A stretch of 64,000 nucleotides of DNA from Dehalococcoidia bacterium (GCA_965226805.1 CBDDDW010000028.1:398109-462108), one strand, 5' to 3'. Counted from the stretch's first letter, positions 36,743-46,394 are shown. Translations and numbers: made by a program. The notes: generated by a model from the letters alone, not told the origin.

Positions 36743-38456
36743 CTAAGCCCGAATCCACCGAAGGACGGCCTTGGGGACAGTCCTTGAAGAAGCCATCGGG
36801 TGCTCCTCTGAATCTGGGATAATGGTTTTGGAACAGAAACCAGCCCGGAAACAAGGAGCACCCAATAGATGCTGCCACAGAACAAACCCGACCGTATCCG
36901 CATCCTCTTTGACGACCATCGCCTGGTGGCCAATGCCGGCCTGCTCCTGCCGGCCACCCTAGCCCGGCACCTGGGCCTGCGGGAACTCGTCGACCATCAC
37001 CTTGACCTCGGCGGAGCGCCGGGACGGGCGAACACTGGGGACAAGATGCTGACGCTGGTCGCTTCCGCGCTGGCAGGCGGCGACTGCATCGACGACGCCG
37101 ATGCGCTGCGCGCTGGTGGGACGGTCGGTGTTCTAGGCTGCGTGGTCAAGGCGCCATCCACCCTGGGGACCTTCCTGCGCAGCTTCCGGTGGGGGCATGT
37201 CCGTCAACTCGACCGCGTGAGCCGCCAGTTGTTGGCCCGGGCCTGGGCCGCTGGGGCCGGACCCGGCGACTCGCCCCTGACCATCGACCTGGACTCGACC
37301 ATCTGCGAGACCTATGGACTGGACAAGGAGGGAGCGCGCCACCACGGCTATACCGGCGCCCGCGGCTATCACCCGCTGCTGGCCATTGCCGCCGGCACCG
37401 GCGAGGTGCTGATGTCCCGGCTGCGCGAGGGCCGGGCCAACACCGCCCGTGGCGCCGCCCACTTCCTGCGTGAGACGGTGGGGCGGGTGCGCTACGGCGG
37501 GGCTAGGGGACAACTCACGGTGCGGGCCGACAGCGGCTTCTACGCCCACACTGTCGTTGCCGCCTGCCGGGAAATGGATGTCCGCTTCTCTATCACCATC
37601 CGCCAGCGCGCCAGCCTGCGGGACCTGATCGAGGCGATACCAGAGGAGGACTGGACTCCCATTCCCTACTGGATGGACGGCGCCGCCGATGTCGCCGAGA
37701 CGACTTACACCCCGTTCCAGACCAAGCCGGACGCCGCGCCGGTGCGGCTCATTGTCCGGCGGGTGAAGCCGACGCCCGGTTCCCAGCTCGCCCTCTTCGC
37801 CAGATACAGCTATCACGCCTTCATCACCGACCGCGATGGGGAGACGCTGGAACTGGAGGCCGATCATCGCCGCCACGCCGAGGTCGAGAACGCCATACGC
37901 GACCTCAAGTACGGCGTCGGGCTGAACCACATGCCGTCGGGGCGCTTCGCCGCCAACGGCGCCTGGCTGGCGGTCCAGGTGATGGCGCATAACCTGGCCC
38001 GCTGGACAGCCCGCATCGGCCTGGGTCAGCAGATCGTGACCACCAAGACCCTCAGGCGGCGGGTCTTCGCTCTGGTGGGACGGATCACCCGCTCGGCGCG
38101 CCGCCTCACTTTGCATCTCCCCCGGCGCTGGCCTTGGGAAACCCAGTTCAGTCGCGCCTTGGCCCGGCTGCAAGCCATTCCATTCCCGGCCTGACGGCCA
38201 GCCTGCAACTGACCCAACGTCCCCGCAATCTCGCGCCACCCCGGTCGCGAGAGTCCCCTGCTGCGTATCCTCTCGCCATCCCGCGCATCGCAACTCCCGC
38301 ATAGGGCCTTAGGGGCCCTGTGCGGCGCCTGAAGACCCTCCGCCGGCCTCCCATCTACCCCAAGACCCCAGGCCATCTCCCCTGTAGCTCCCTCACCCAC
38401 CCCCTTCCGCTGTCCTCACGCCGTCCATCCGTGTCCTTCGGTGGATTCGGGCTTAG
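36743..38456 (+). mobile_element. IS1380-family insertion sequence nested inside the IS3 element, 12 nt upstream of IS3 orfA
   Basis: Perfect 24-bp terminal IRs: CTAAGCCCGAATCCACCGAAGGAC (36743-36766) and its reverse complement (38433-38456). I found no clear target duplication. Confidence 0.85.
36869..38194 (+). CDS. IS1380-family DDE transposase
   Basis: 441 aa with ..LTIDLDSTICETYG..GYHPLLA..VRADSGFY..HAEVENAIRDLKYGVGLNHMPSGRFAANGAWLAVQVMAHNLARW.., typical IS1380 signatures. It is visibly more GC-rich than its flanks. Confidence 0.9.
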   Translation: MLPQNKPDRIRILFDDHRLVANAGLLLPATLARHLGLRELVDHHLDLGGAPGRANTGDKMLTLVASALAGGDCIDDADALRAGGTVGVLGCVVKAPSTLGTFLRSFRWGHVRQLDRVSRQLLARAWAAGAGPGDSPLTIDLDSTICETYGLDKEGARHHGYTGARGYHPLLAIAAGTGEVLMSRLREGRANTARGAAHFLRETVGRVRYGGARGQLTVRADSGFYAHTVVAACREMDVRFSITIRQRASLRDLIEAIPEEDWTPIPYWMDGAADVAETTYTPFQTKPDAAPVRLIVRRVKPTPGSQLALFARYSYHAFITDRDGETLELEADHRRHAEVENAIRDLKYGVGLNHMPSGRFAANGAWLAVQVMAHNLARWTARIGLGQQIVTTKTLRRRVFALVGRITRSARRLTLHLPRRWPWETQFSRALARLQAIPFPA

Positions 38457-38548
38457 GGTTAATCTACCCCTCTGAAGGAGCCTCTACCACCCCCAACCTC
38501 TTCGGTTTTCTAGGCCTCAATAGTGTCCAATTGCGCTGACACCCTACA

Positions 38549-39244
38549 CTCACGGGAGTAGTTACTGATGCTTCGCTGATACTCATGCTGCTTGCCCTGC
38601 AGCGCGGCCAGGTGGCGCGAGTCATCCCCATCTGGTACCTGGCTCCTCTTATGGTAGCGCCCATGGCGGCGACCTTTCTGGGGGAGCGTCTGACTCCTTT
38701 GGGCGCGATTGCCATTGTGATGGCCGTTGGTGGAGCCGTGCTGGTCACATGGCAAAAGAGTGAAAAGGGAGGGACCTTCGGGAACCCTGTCGTGTTTCCA
38801 CTGGCGGCGTCCGGGGCCGTCATGCTGGCCGTGTCATTTATCATGAGCAAATATTTCTTGGAAGAGGGTGGCTATTGGCGCTTTGTCGGAGCATTTCGGC
38901 TCGGTGTTGCGCTCCCTATAGTCGCGGTCGGACTATTGCCAGAGGTTAGGAAGAAGGCTTTGGCCGCGGTCCGTGATAGGAAGTTCCTCAGACCTTTTAT
39001 CGGACTTCAGATGCTCGTGTCCTGGACCTTCATTGTGAGATTCGCTGCGATTAGCACAGGACCCGTCTCTTTGGTGGCTGGCGTCAGCTCCATGCAGCCT
39101 ATTTTTGTGTTCTTGCTCGCTTTTGGTCTGGCGACAATGTTTCCCGCCAACTTCGGAGATTGGATTACCAAACGTACGATCTATACTCAGGTGGCAGGTA
39201 TCCTCGCCATCTCTGCCGCGGTGGTCATCATGTCGACGCAATAA
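38549..39244 (+). pseudogene. DMT/EamA-family transporter, C-terminal fragment (continuation of 35091-35300)
   Basis: In frame from the duplicated CTCACGGGA: LTGVVTDASLILMLLALQRGQVARVIPIWYLAPLMVAPMAATFLGERLT.., then a second EamA domain. Confidence 0.75.
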
Positions 39245-39440
39245 GAGGCCGCGATCATGGCTACTCCCAGCGAGTTAGGGGACACTGCGGGTACCGAGGC
39301 GACGCTGGACACCCTGTGCCGGCGGGTCGTCGTGTGTTATATTGTTGCCCCGTGGATATGGGCGGGGACCGCGCCGGCAGACCCTGACTCGGGGGCTGCG
39401 TCAGAGGTCGCCGACATCGACTCGAAGGGGGGAAGACGAC

Positions 39441-40040
39441 GTGACAACGCCATTGTCTATCGACCGAGACCGTACCGCAGTCCTTGTCCTTCACGTCCAG
39501 AACATCGTAGTGAGCGGGGAGACCTCCGGCCTCAAGTCGGGCCAACCCGAGCTCCTAGAGAGAATATCGTCTGTTCTGAACGGAGCGCGTGCGGCAGGGG
39601 TGCTGGTGATCTACCTGGTCGTACAGTTCCGTCCGGGCTACCCGGAAGTATCCGCCTCAAGCGGTCCTACGTTCACCTCCCTCAAGAGGACTAATCGCCT
39701 GTTAGAAGGAACGGAAGAAGCCCAGGTCCATCCAAAGGTGGCGCCACAGGCTGGGGATCTAGTGGTGGTCGGGCGCCGGACGGGCGCTTTCACCAACACT
39801 GAAATGGAAGGCCTGCTTAAGGCGAGAGGCATCACAGATCTGGTTCTCACAGGGATAAACACCAGCGGAACTGTGTTGACCACAGTGAGGTGGGCCGCGG
39901 ACATCGATTACGGACTGGTGGTACTGGAGGATTGCTGTGCCGATTCCGATGAGGAAGTCCACAGGGTCCTCACTCAGAAAGTGTTCCCCAAGCACGCCCA
40001 CGTAGCGACTTCCAAGGACTTCCTCAGCGCGATTAGTTGA
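39441..40040 (+). CDS. isochorismatase-family cysteine hydrolase
   Basis: VTTPLSIDRDRTAVLVLHVQN..DLVLTGINTSGTVLTTVRWAADIDYGLVVLEDCCAD. I chose the GTG start at 39441 because GGGGGGA lies 8 nt upstream. Confidence 0.8.
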   Translation: MTTPLSIDRDRTAVLVLHVQNIVVSGETSGLKSGQPELLERISSVLNGARAAGVLVIYLVVQFRPGYPEVSASSGPTFTSLKRTNRLLEGTEEAQVHPKVAPQAGDLVVVGRRTGAFTNTEMEGLLKARGITDLVLTGINTSGTVLTTVRWAADIDYGLVVLEDCCADSDEEVHRVLTQKVFPKHAHVATSKDFLSAIS

Positions 40041-40090
40041 GCTTGATGCCTCCATTCAGGAGATAGCCGCGATCAGTCAGATTAGCGGGG

Positions 40091-40228
40091 TGCGGAAGAA
40101 AGGGAGTGCAGAGGGCGAAGCCCCTTTGCCGGTCGGCCTTAGGCGGATGAGGGTGTCCCTCAGATGTAAATTCTTCCCCCCTCATGGCCAGGCCAGTCCT
40201 GAGCCTGCTGAAGGGAAGGGTTTTTCAG
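40091..40228 (-). repeat. intergenic repeat element, copy B (about 138 bp, inverted relative to copy A)
   Basis: Its reverse complement aligns block by block with 10196-10372 (see copy A). Confidence 0.7.
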
Positions 40229-40504
40229 TACCCTGCTAGGAGCGCGGACCGCACGTTTGTTGACAAACGTCACAATTTTGGTAAAATAGCCTGAACCTTG
40301 TTGGGCTGATTGCTCCCTCGTCAAGAGGGTGGTCACCTCGAAGCGGCCGGACATCCAGGGATCAAAGTTTCCTAGCAAGGTCTCTCAACTGGTGAGGAAA
40401 CGGGCTGATGTGGTAGTGGCCATACCATTCCCGATGCGACGTGGAAGGGACGCACAGCGCAGCAAGGGGATCACCGGACAGTCCGGCAAGTTGAAAGTGG
40501 GGAA

Positions 40505-41197
40505 ATGCAGGATCCAAAAGAGTCCCGTCATCGCATCCTACTAGCCCATGAGCAAACCCGTAAAGCCGTGGCTAACCTTCTCCACGCTCAGGTGCAGAGC
40601 CGGCTGCTGGTACTCGAATACTGGCTGAAAGATTGCCAGGAACTCATAAAAGACAGCAACCCGGATGTGCTTGCCCGCCTTCAGAACGCTCGAAATATCC
40701 TCGGCGAGATTATCGAGCAAGACCTCCGATACATCATCCGACATCTCTATCCTTCCATTATCCGAATAGGTCTTCCCAGCGCTCTCAATTCCCTGGCCGA
40801 GAGGTTCCACGGGGTATTCGAGGTTGAGATAGATATAGACGAGGCTGTGTCCGAGATTGAAGGGTCCATGCCTTCGGGACTCAGCGTCGACCTCCGATTA
40901 TCCCTGTACAGAGTGGTGGAGGAGGCGCTTACCAACGTCGCGAAACACTCCCAGGCCAGTAGAGTCAAGATAAGTCTGGGGTATTCTTCAGACACTGAGA
41001 TCTATCTGACCATTCAGGACGACGGCTGCGGATTCGATCCATCTGACGCTTCTCCGGGTACCGGCCACCTGTCGATGGAAGACTATGTGGAGGATCTGAA
41101 CGGGAAACTCCAAGTGGAGAGCGCGCCGGGCTCTGGCACCAGAGTAAAGGTGTGGGTCCCGTTACCGCAGGGCGTCCCGCAATTGGCGGAGGCCTAA
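40505..41197 (+). CDS. histidine kinase core only (HisKA_3-type DHp plus HATPase_c); no sensor or TM region and no adjacent response regulator
   Basis: DHp-like ..AVANLLHAQVQSRL.. and an ATPase domain (..VVEEALTNVAKHSQAS..IQDDGCGFD..GTGHLSMEDYVEDLNGKLQVESAPGSGTRV). Confidence 0.7.
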   Translation: MQDPKESRHRILLAHEQTRKAVANLLHAQVQSRLLVLEYWLKDCQELIKDSNPDVLARLQNARNILGEIIEQDLRYIIRHLYPSIIRIGLPSALNSLAERFHGVFEVEIDIDEAVSEIEGSMPSGLSVDLRLSLYRVVEEALTNVAKHSQASRVKISLGYSSDTEIYLTIQDDGCGFDPSDASPGTGHLSMEDYVEDLNGKLQVESAPGSGTRVKVWVPLPQGVPQLAEA

Positions 41198-41405
41198 TCC
41201 GGAGACTGGAGCTGTCTCAGACGGGCGTTCTCCTGTCACGTTCCCCATGTGGGAGTCCAATTTCGACAGCATCACCACCTGCCATTTCGATCCGGGCCCG
41301 GGAGCGCCCGGCCCCGCCTGTCCTAACGGCGATCCCCGTCGGTCCGTGTGGCCCCTTCCAGCTTAAAGGCAGCACAAAGCCTGCCGCTAAGGTTATACTC
41401 TAAGC

Positions 41406-42167
41406 ATGGTCGACTTCCTCCTTGTGCACGATATAGGCCAGGGCTCCTGGTGCTGGGGGAAGGTCTGGGGTCATCTCACTGCGCCAGTTAAGCACCCTCC
41501 AATTCTGCACGCCCGCAACCAAGTCGGGAAGGTAATAGCGATGGACCTCCCTCGCCAGGAAGCAGGCCCTCCGGAAGAGACGCCTGCGCTGACCATTCAC
41601 GACTTCATCTCAGCCGTAACTGATCAGGTCAAGGCTCAGGGTTTGCGGGACCTGATATTGGTAGGGCACGGCTTGTCGGCTCCAATAATCCTTCAGGCCG
41701 CATCACAGCTGGACGAGCCGCCCAAGAGGATAGTGCTCTTCGCCGGCATCATACCCGACGGCGGTAGAAGTGCCATGGACGCGCTTCCACCCCTGAACAG
41801 GCTGGGCCTGAAGATGCTCTTCAGAATGGGCCGCACTTCAAGATACGAATTCAGGCTCCCCAAAGTGATCATCACCAACTACTACTGCAACGGCATGGAC
41901 CCCTTTGAGGTTATACAAATTGTGGGGAGGTACAGGCCGATGCCGTTACAGCTTTTCCGTACCAAAATCGACCTCGGCGACCCCTCAGGTTTCTGTCCAG
42001 TCACATACGTGCCTCTAGGGCGGGACAGACTGCTGCGTCCAGATCTTCAGAAACGAATGGCGGACCGGCTGGGCGGAGTAGAGCTTGAGGAGGGATTGGA
42101 CTCCTGCCATCAGGTGATGATAGAGCGTCCGAGGCAGGTGGCGGACATCCTCTTGAAATACTTATAA
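41406..42167 (+). CDS. alpha/beta hydrolase fold protein (methylesterase-like) with an atypical nucleophile elbow
   Basis: FLLVHDIGQGSWCWGKVW..LILVGHGLSAP.., so GHGLS replaces the usual G-x-S-x-G. Confidence 0.65.
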   Translation: MVDFLLVHDIGQGSWCWGKVWGHLTAPVKHPPILHARNQVGKVIAMDLPRQEAGPPEETPALTIHDFISAVTDQVKAQGLRDLILVGHGLSAPIILQAASQLDEPPKRIVLFAGIIPDGGRSAMDALPPLNRLGLKMLFRMGRTSRYEFRLPKVIITNYYCNGMDPFEVIQIVGRYRPMPLQLFRTKIDLGDPSGFCPVTYVPLGRDRLLRPDLQKRMADRLGGVELEEGLDSCHQVMIERPRQVADILLKYL

Positions 42168-42365
42168 CTCCGGGCACGACGTCTGGATGCGCTCAGTCAC
42201 TTACGCCTCTGTTCCTTGCATTTAGCCAACGGCACTGACCCCTCACTCTACCGCTCTCCCGCCGGGCGATGGAGAGCAGGACGGTCGGGGGTGGTATAAT
42301 TTCCTAGAATACGGGATGTGATCGGCGCCGAGTCAGGGCGTCGGACGTCCGATTAGAGGATCCTC

Positions 42366-42602
42366 ATGGACGACCAGGAATTCCTCAGCAGGATAAAGGA
42401 AAAGATCGAGAGGCTATCCGGCACCGAGATACGCATTAATCTGGATGCCGTGGACCAAGACGCCAGCAGAGTAGACCTGGATGGTCACATACCGGAGGTT
42501 ACTTTGGGCTCCAATGTCCTCCGATACTCGGGCTTCGTCAGGATGTGTATCGAATATGCGGTGGCCTCTATCCGAGAGAGGCGGAAGCTAGGGAACCTCT
42601 GA
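42366..42602 (+). CDS. hypothetical small protein; its 3' end and stop codon are supplied by the IS5 element
   Basis: A 78-aa ORF. The IS5 left end (42592) lies 4 codons before the stop. Confidence 0.3.
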   Translation: MDDQEFLSRIKEKIERLSGTEIRINLDAVDQDASRVDLDGHIPEVTLGSNVLRYSGFVRMCIEYAVASIRERRKLGNL

Positions 42603-43793
42603 ACAACTCGGCGCAAGCGTGGATGGGCAGAGTGGTTCCGTTCTTTGGAGACGTTCAGGCATCTTTGTGACGTTCCAGGTCGTGGTTGAGGCGTTCAGAC
42701 CGTGTCTGTTGTGGCCTCGAAGCGGCTTTTCGGAGCCATCGCGGCTCCCCGGCCGTGATTTGCGCACTGCGCCCCTCTCATGCCGCCAGACGGCGCTCTG
42801 CCGTCATCAAGTTGGCCAGCCCCAGTAGCAATGCCAGCCGTTGCGCGTTCTTAGCCAACCCTCGGTAGCGCACCTTGGCGTAGCCAAAGCGCCGCTTCAC
42901 GTACAGGAACGGATGCTCCACTTTCGCTCTGACCGACGCTTTGCGCTTCTCCGCCAACGCCTCGTAGCTGCCAGGCTCCAGGTGCCGTCGCCGGCCGGGC
43001 CTCATCGCCACTCGCCACTCCACATCCAACTCTCGATTCTCCAACCGCTTGTCCACTCCCTGATACCCCGCATCCCCCCACACTCGTTTCTCTCCACCGT
43101 GCAGCAATCGGTGCGCTTCTGTCACATCATGCACGTTAGCTGGCGTCGTAGTCATGCTGTGTACCACTCCCGTCTCAGCGTCAGCGCCTACGTGTACTTT
43201 CATCCCGAAGCGCCACTCGTTCCCCTTCTTCGTCTGGTGCATCTCAGGGTCTCGCTCACCCGCACGATTCTTCGTCGATGACGGCGCCTCTATGATGCTC
43301 GCGTCCACGATCATCCCCTCCCGAAGCCGCAGTCCCTGGGACTCCAGATGACGGTTGATCTCCTCGAACAGACTCTGCCCCAACTCATGCTCTTCCAGCA
43401 GATGGCGGAAGTTCAGAATCGTCGTCTCGTCCGGCAGCGGGCCCGACAGCTTCAACCCTACGAACCGTCTCACCGACTCGACCTCGTAGAGCATGTCCTC
43501 CATACCAGGATCGCTCAAGTTGTAGAACAACTGCACGCAGTGTATCCGCACCATCGCCGACAACTCATATGGTCGACGGCCTCGGCCCGCCTTGGGATAG
43601 AACGGACGGATGCGCTCTTCCATCTGTTCCCACGGGATCAGAGCATCCATGCGCTCCAGGAATATCTCCCGGCGGGTCTTGCGCTTCTTGCTCTCGTATT
43701 CCAAGTCCGCAAATGTTGGCTGGTCCATCAATTATCTCCCCGAACACAGTGCTATTCTCTATGCTACTATGCCCAGACTTGTTCAGAGTATCC
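42592..43793 (-). mobile_element. IS5-family insertion sequence (1202 bp) with a 4-bp CTAG target duplication
   Basis: Left end GGAACCTCTGAACAACTCGG (42592-) versus the reverse complement of the right end, GGATACTCTGAACAAGTCTGG (-43793). CTAG is present at 42588-42591 and 43794-43797. Confidence 0.85.
42778..43731 (-). CDS. IS5-family DDE transposase
   Basis: ..QPTFADLEYESKKRKTRREIFLERMDALIPW..MVRIHCVQLFYNLSDPGMED..VDASIIEAPSSTKN..GMKVHVGADAETGVVHS..GDAGYQG..RAKVEHPF.. Confidence 0.92.
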   Translation of the reverse strand: MMDQPTFADLEYESKKRKTRREIFLERMDALIPWEQMEERIRPFYPKAGRGRRPYELSAMVRIHCVQLFYNLSDPGMEDMLYEVESVRRFVGLKLSGPLPDETTILNFRHLLEEHELGQSLFEEINRHLESQGLRLREGMIVDASIIEAPSSTKNRAGERDPEMHQTKKGNEWRFGMKVHVGADAETGVVHSMTTTPANVHDVTEAHRLLHGGEKRVWGDAGYQGVDKRLENRELDVEWRVAMRPGRRRHLEPGSYEALAEKRKASVRAKVEHPFLYVKRRFGYAKVRYRGLAKNAQRLALLLGLANLMTAERRLAA

Positions 43794-43838
43794 CTAGCAC
43801 GACGTAGGGGGCCAATCCATAGACCGCCTTGGCGAACA

Positions 43839-44540
43839 TCACCGCGACGGTGGACCACTGACCTGAGTCCGCAAGTCCCCCACCATCGCCACTGAGGGCT
43901 TGAGCGAAGCGAGGATAAGGCTGCTGACCACGACGCTCAGGCCGACGATGAAGAACCCTGCGCCGCCTAGGAGGAGGAGCGACAGTACCTTCGCGCTCAG
44001 GAACTGCCAGCGGCTGACACCTCTGGTCAAGGCCGTCCGTAGCGTGCCCCAGCCGTACTCAACCCCCATCGCGGACGCCGCCAGGATCATGATGAGCAGA
44101 ATTCCGAAGGAGTTGGCAACGCCGAGGCGATTGGAGAGACTGCTCGGAAGGACGAAACCCCCAAGGTAGAAGCCACGGCGCTTGGCGTACTGTTCAGCGG
44201 TCTGTTCGAGATCTTCTTCACAGCTCAGCTCACTCGCCCGTCTCTCCTCTACCGCCTCAAGGGCTCCCTGGCGGAACTCTTCCGGGATGAGTGCTAACTG
44301 GGAATCGACGTTGTCTTCTACTATATCGACGCATGTGATGCGGACCTCTCCGTTAGGTAGGTAGATGCCATAGAAGCCGCCTTCGTTGTCACTCTGCCCA
44401 AGGTCCTGGTACTGGGAGTAGCTGCCCCATACGCCGAGCTGGGTGAGGACGACAACGACGGCCAGGAGTATCCACGGCATCCACCGCTTGCGGACTTTGA
44501 ACAACTCCCAGCGGGTGAGGCGTAGCACCTGGGCTATCAC
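43839..44540 (-). CDS. ABC-2-type transporter permease
   Basis: MIAQVLRLTRWELFKVRKRWMPWILLAVVVVL.. with TM segments. Its start overlaps the stop of the upstream ATPase gene by 4 nt. Confidence 0.65.
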   Translation of the reverse strand: MIAQVLRLTRWELFKVRKRWMPWILLAVVVVLTQLGVWGSYSQYQDLGQSDNEGGFYGIYLPNGEVRITCVDIVEDNVDSQLALIPEEFRQGALEAVEERRASELSCEEDLEQTAEQYAKRRGFYLGGFVLPSSLSNRLGVANSFGILLIMILAASAMGVEYGWGTLRTALTRGVSRWQFLSAKVLSLLLLGGAGFFIVGLSVVVSSLILASLKPSVAMVGDLRTQVSGPPSR

Positions 44541-45435
44541 TCGGCGTCCTTCTTTTCGTCGCCCGTGATGTCCAGGAAGTACTGCTCCAACGACATCTCA
44601 TCGGCCGCCATCTCCGTGACATAGACCTCAGACCGGCCTAGGGCCGTGCTCAGCTCGGACGACCGTTCGCCCGGGGCCTCTACTATCACCGACTCGCCCT
44701 TCATCTTTACTTCCCCGACCCACTCCAGCGCCGAGAGCACCTCGACGGCCTTCGCGTTGTCTGTGGTACGCAAGCGCACCCGCTCACCTGCTCGAGAATG
44801 CACCAGGTCGGCGACCTTGCCCTGGGCGATGAGCTTGCCCTTCGAGAGGATGGCCACGCTGTCGCACACCTGCTCGACCTCGTGCAGCAGGTGGCTCGAC
44901 AGTAGCACCGTGCGCTCTCCCGTACCTCTGCCATGCCCGCAGGGTCCATGCCGTTGGTCGGCTCGTCCAGGAACAGGAGGTCGGGATCACCAAGGAGCGC
45001 GTAGGCCAACCCCAAGCGCTGCTTCATGCCCAGGGAGTAGGTGCGAAACTGGCTCTTCGCGCGGTCAGCGAGCCCCACCTTGTCAAGCAGGTTGTCCAGC
45101 TCCTGGCGATCACCCCTACCGGAGATGCCCTGGAAGTAGGCGAGGTTGTCTCGGCCCGACAGGTACGGATAGAAAGAAGGGGTCTCGACGATGGCGCCGA
45201 CGCGATGGAGTGCATCCTGATGCGGTATACGACCACCGAACAGGCTGAAGCTGCCCGCTGTCGGCTTCACCAGCCCGAGCAGCATTCCCATGGTCGTCGT
45301 CTTGCCCGACCCGTTTGGCCCCAGAAGCCCGAAGACATGGCCTCGCGGCACCTCCAGCGAGAGGTCGTCCACGGCCAGGATGTCTCCGTATCGCTTAGTC
45401 AGCCCATCCGTCTGGACAACTGAATCACTGTTCAT
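44537..45435 (-). pseudogene. ABC transporter ATP-binding protein disrupted by a short out-of-frame internal deletion
   Basis: The first ORF carries Walker A (GPNGSGKTT), the signature motif (LGMKQRL) and Walker B (LLFLDEPTNGMDPAGMAEVRE), then turns to nonsense. The second ORF (frame shifted) resumes at ..ERTVLLSSHLLHEVEQVCDSVAIL.. About 9-10 residues expected between them are missing. I chose the ATG at 45435 because GAAAGGAGG precedes it. Confidence 0.8.
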
Positions 45436-45802
45436 ATCGTTCCTCCTTTCGGGCAGCATGTTTCAGTGCTGACCAGAGCCTCGGCACGATTGCGTCGCAG
45501 AAATCGGACAGGGTTAGAGGAGGGGGAAATCAACTGTCCCCGGAGCCGGATGTTGGCTCACGCCCCTCGACCACTCTAGAGCCATGCTACAGGGTGCCGG
45601 GACCTGTGCGGCCGTCAGGGATACGCCCGAAGGAGAAAGCCGGTAGGGGAACTACGAAGACCGGACCCTGTTTTCCCCAGGAAGAAGCGGCAGACCCAAC
45701 GGCATCATCTCATTCCAGGGTGTCCCTGTCCATCAGATTTTATGTTCCGGAATGGTAAGATGATGGTCTATGGGCGCTTCCTAAAATGACAAAGACGCCT
45801 AG

Positions 45803-46033
45803 GTGAATGAAGTGGCTGTGAACATCACAAGGGTTGAGAGGATGAGGCGGTCTCTCCGCAAGATCGGTTACGTGATCGGCGGATTGGCCTTCGCCTACCT
45901 GCTGTTGGGTACATTTGCGCTCCTGGTACAGCGAGAGACATGGCCCATCGCATTCCTGAAGCTGGTGGCGGGCGGGTCGCTTGTGTGCGCATTCGGGGTA
46001 ATCCTCTCCTATGTGCGGAAGCCGGAGGAGTGA
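45803..46033 (+). CDS. small two-TM hypothetical protein whose stop codon is the first three bases of IS3 copy b
   Basis: A 76-aa ORF (..IGYVIGGLAFAYLLLGTFALLV..LVAGGSLVCAFGVILSYV..). The TGA at 46031-46033 is the IS terminus. Confidence 0.35.
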   Translation: MNEVAVNITRVERMRRSLRKIGYVIGGLAFAYLLLGTFALLVQRETWPIAFLKLVAGGSLVCAFGVILSYVRKPEE

Positions 46034-46109
46034 GGTGGTCCCCAAAATTTGGACAGGTGGCTAAGAGAGAGTCCCGCTCCTAAAATAGGACGGAAAGAAG
46101 GAGCAGGAC

Positions 46110-46394
46110 ATGAAGTAAACACGTAAGAAGCACAGCCCAGTCTTCAAGGGCAAAGTGGCTTTGGCCGCGCTCCAGGGGGAGCACACCATTGCAGAGCTGG
46201 CCAGCCGGTTTGAAGTCCACCCGAGCCAGATCCATGCCTGGAAGAAGGCCTTGACTCAGGGGGCGCCGCACCTCTTTGAAAATGGTGCTGGACGCCAGGA
46301 GAAGGACCAAGAGGTCCTCACTGCCCAGCTCTACCAACAGATTGGGCAGCTCAAGGTGGAACGGGATTTTTTGTCACGGAGCTTCGGGTTGTGA
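46110..46394 (+). pseudogene. IS3-family OrfA with a premature TAA at codon 3
   Basis: AAGGAG then ATG AAG TAA(46116-46118) ACA CGT AAG AAG CAC AGC CCA GTC TTC AAG GGC AAA GTG.., which reads [45 protein letters not shown].. The slippery T TTT TTG is at 46367-46373. Confidence 0.7.

Larger units (their letters stand above)
35301..38548 (-). mobile_element. IS3-family insertion sequence (about 1.53 kb of its own sequence) carrying a nested IS1380-family element
   Basis: Imperfect ~36-bp terminal IRs: TGTTGGGTGTCAGCGGTTTTGGACAG.. at 35301 and the reverse complement TGTAGGGTGTCAGCGCAATTGGACAC.. ending at 38548. It is flanked by the 9-bp direct repeat CTCACGGGA (35292-35300 and 38549-38557). Confidence 0.85.

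Noticed and set aside
36741-38458. Target-site duplication for the nested IS1380-family element, and likewise for IS3 copy c (47401-48677).
   Set aside because: The flanking bases do not match under any IR boundary I tried (cttt/ttaa or ttca/ggtt for the IS1380 element; gcg/aac for IS3 copy c). I report the elements without duplications.
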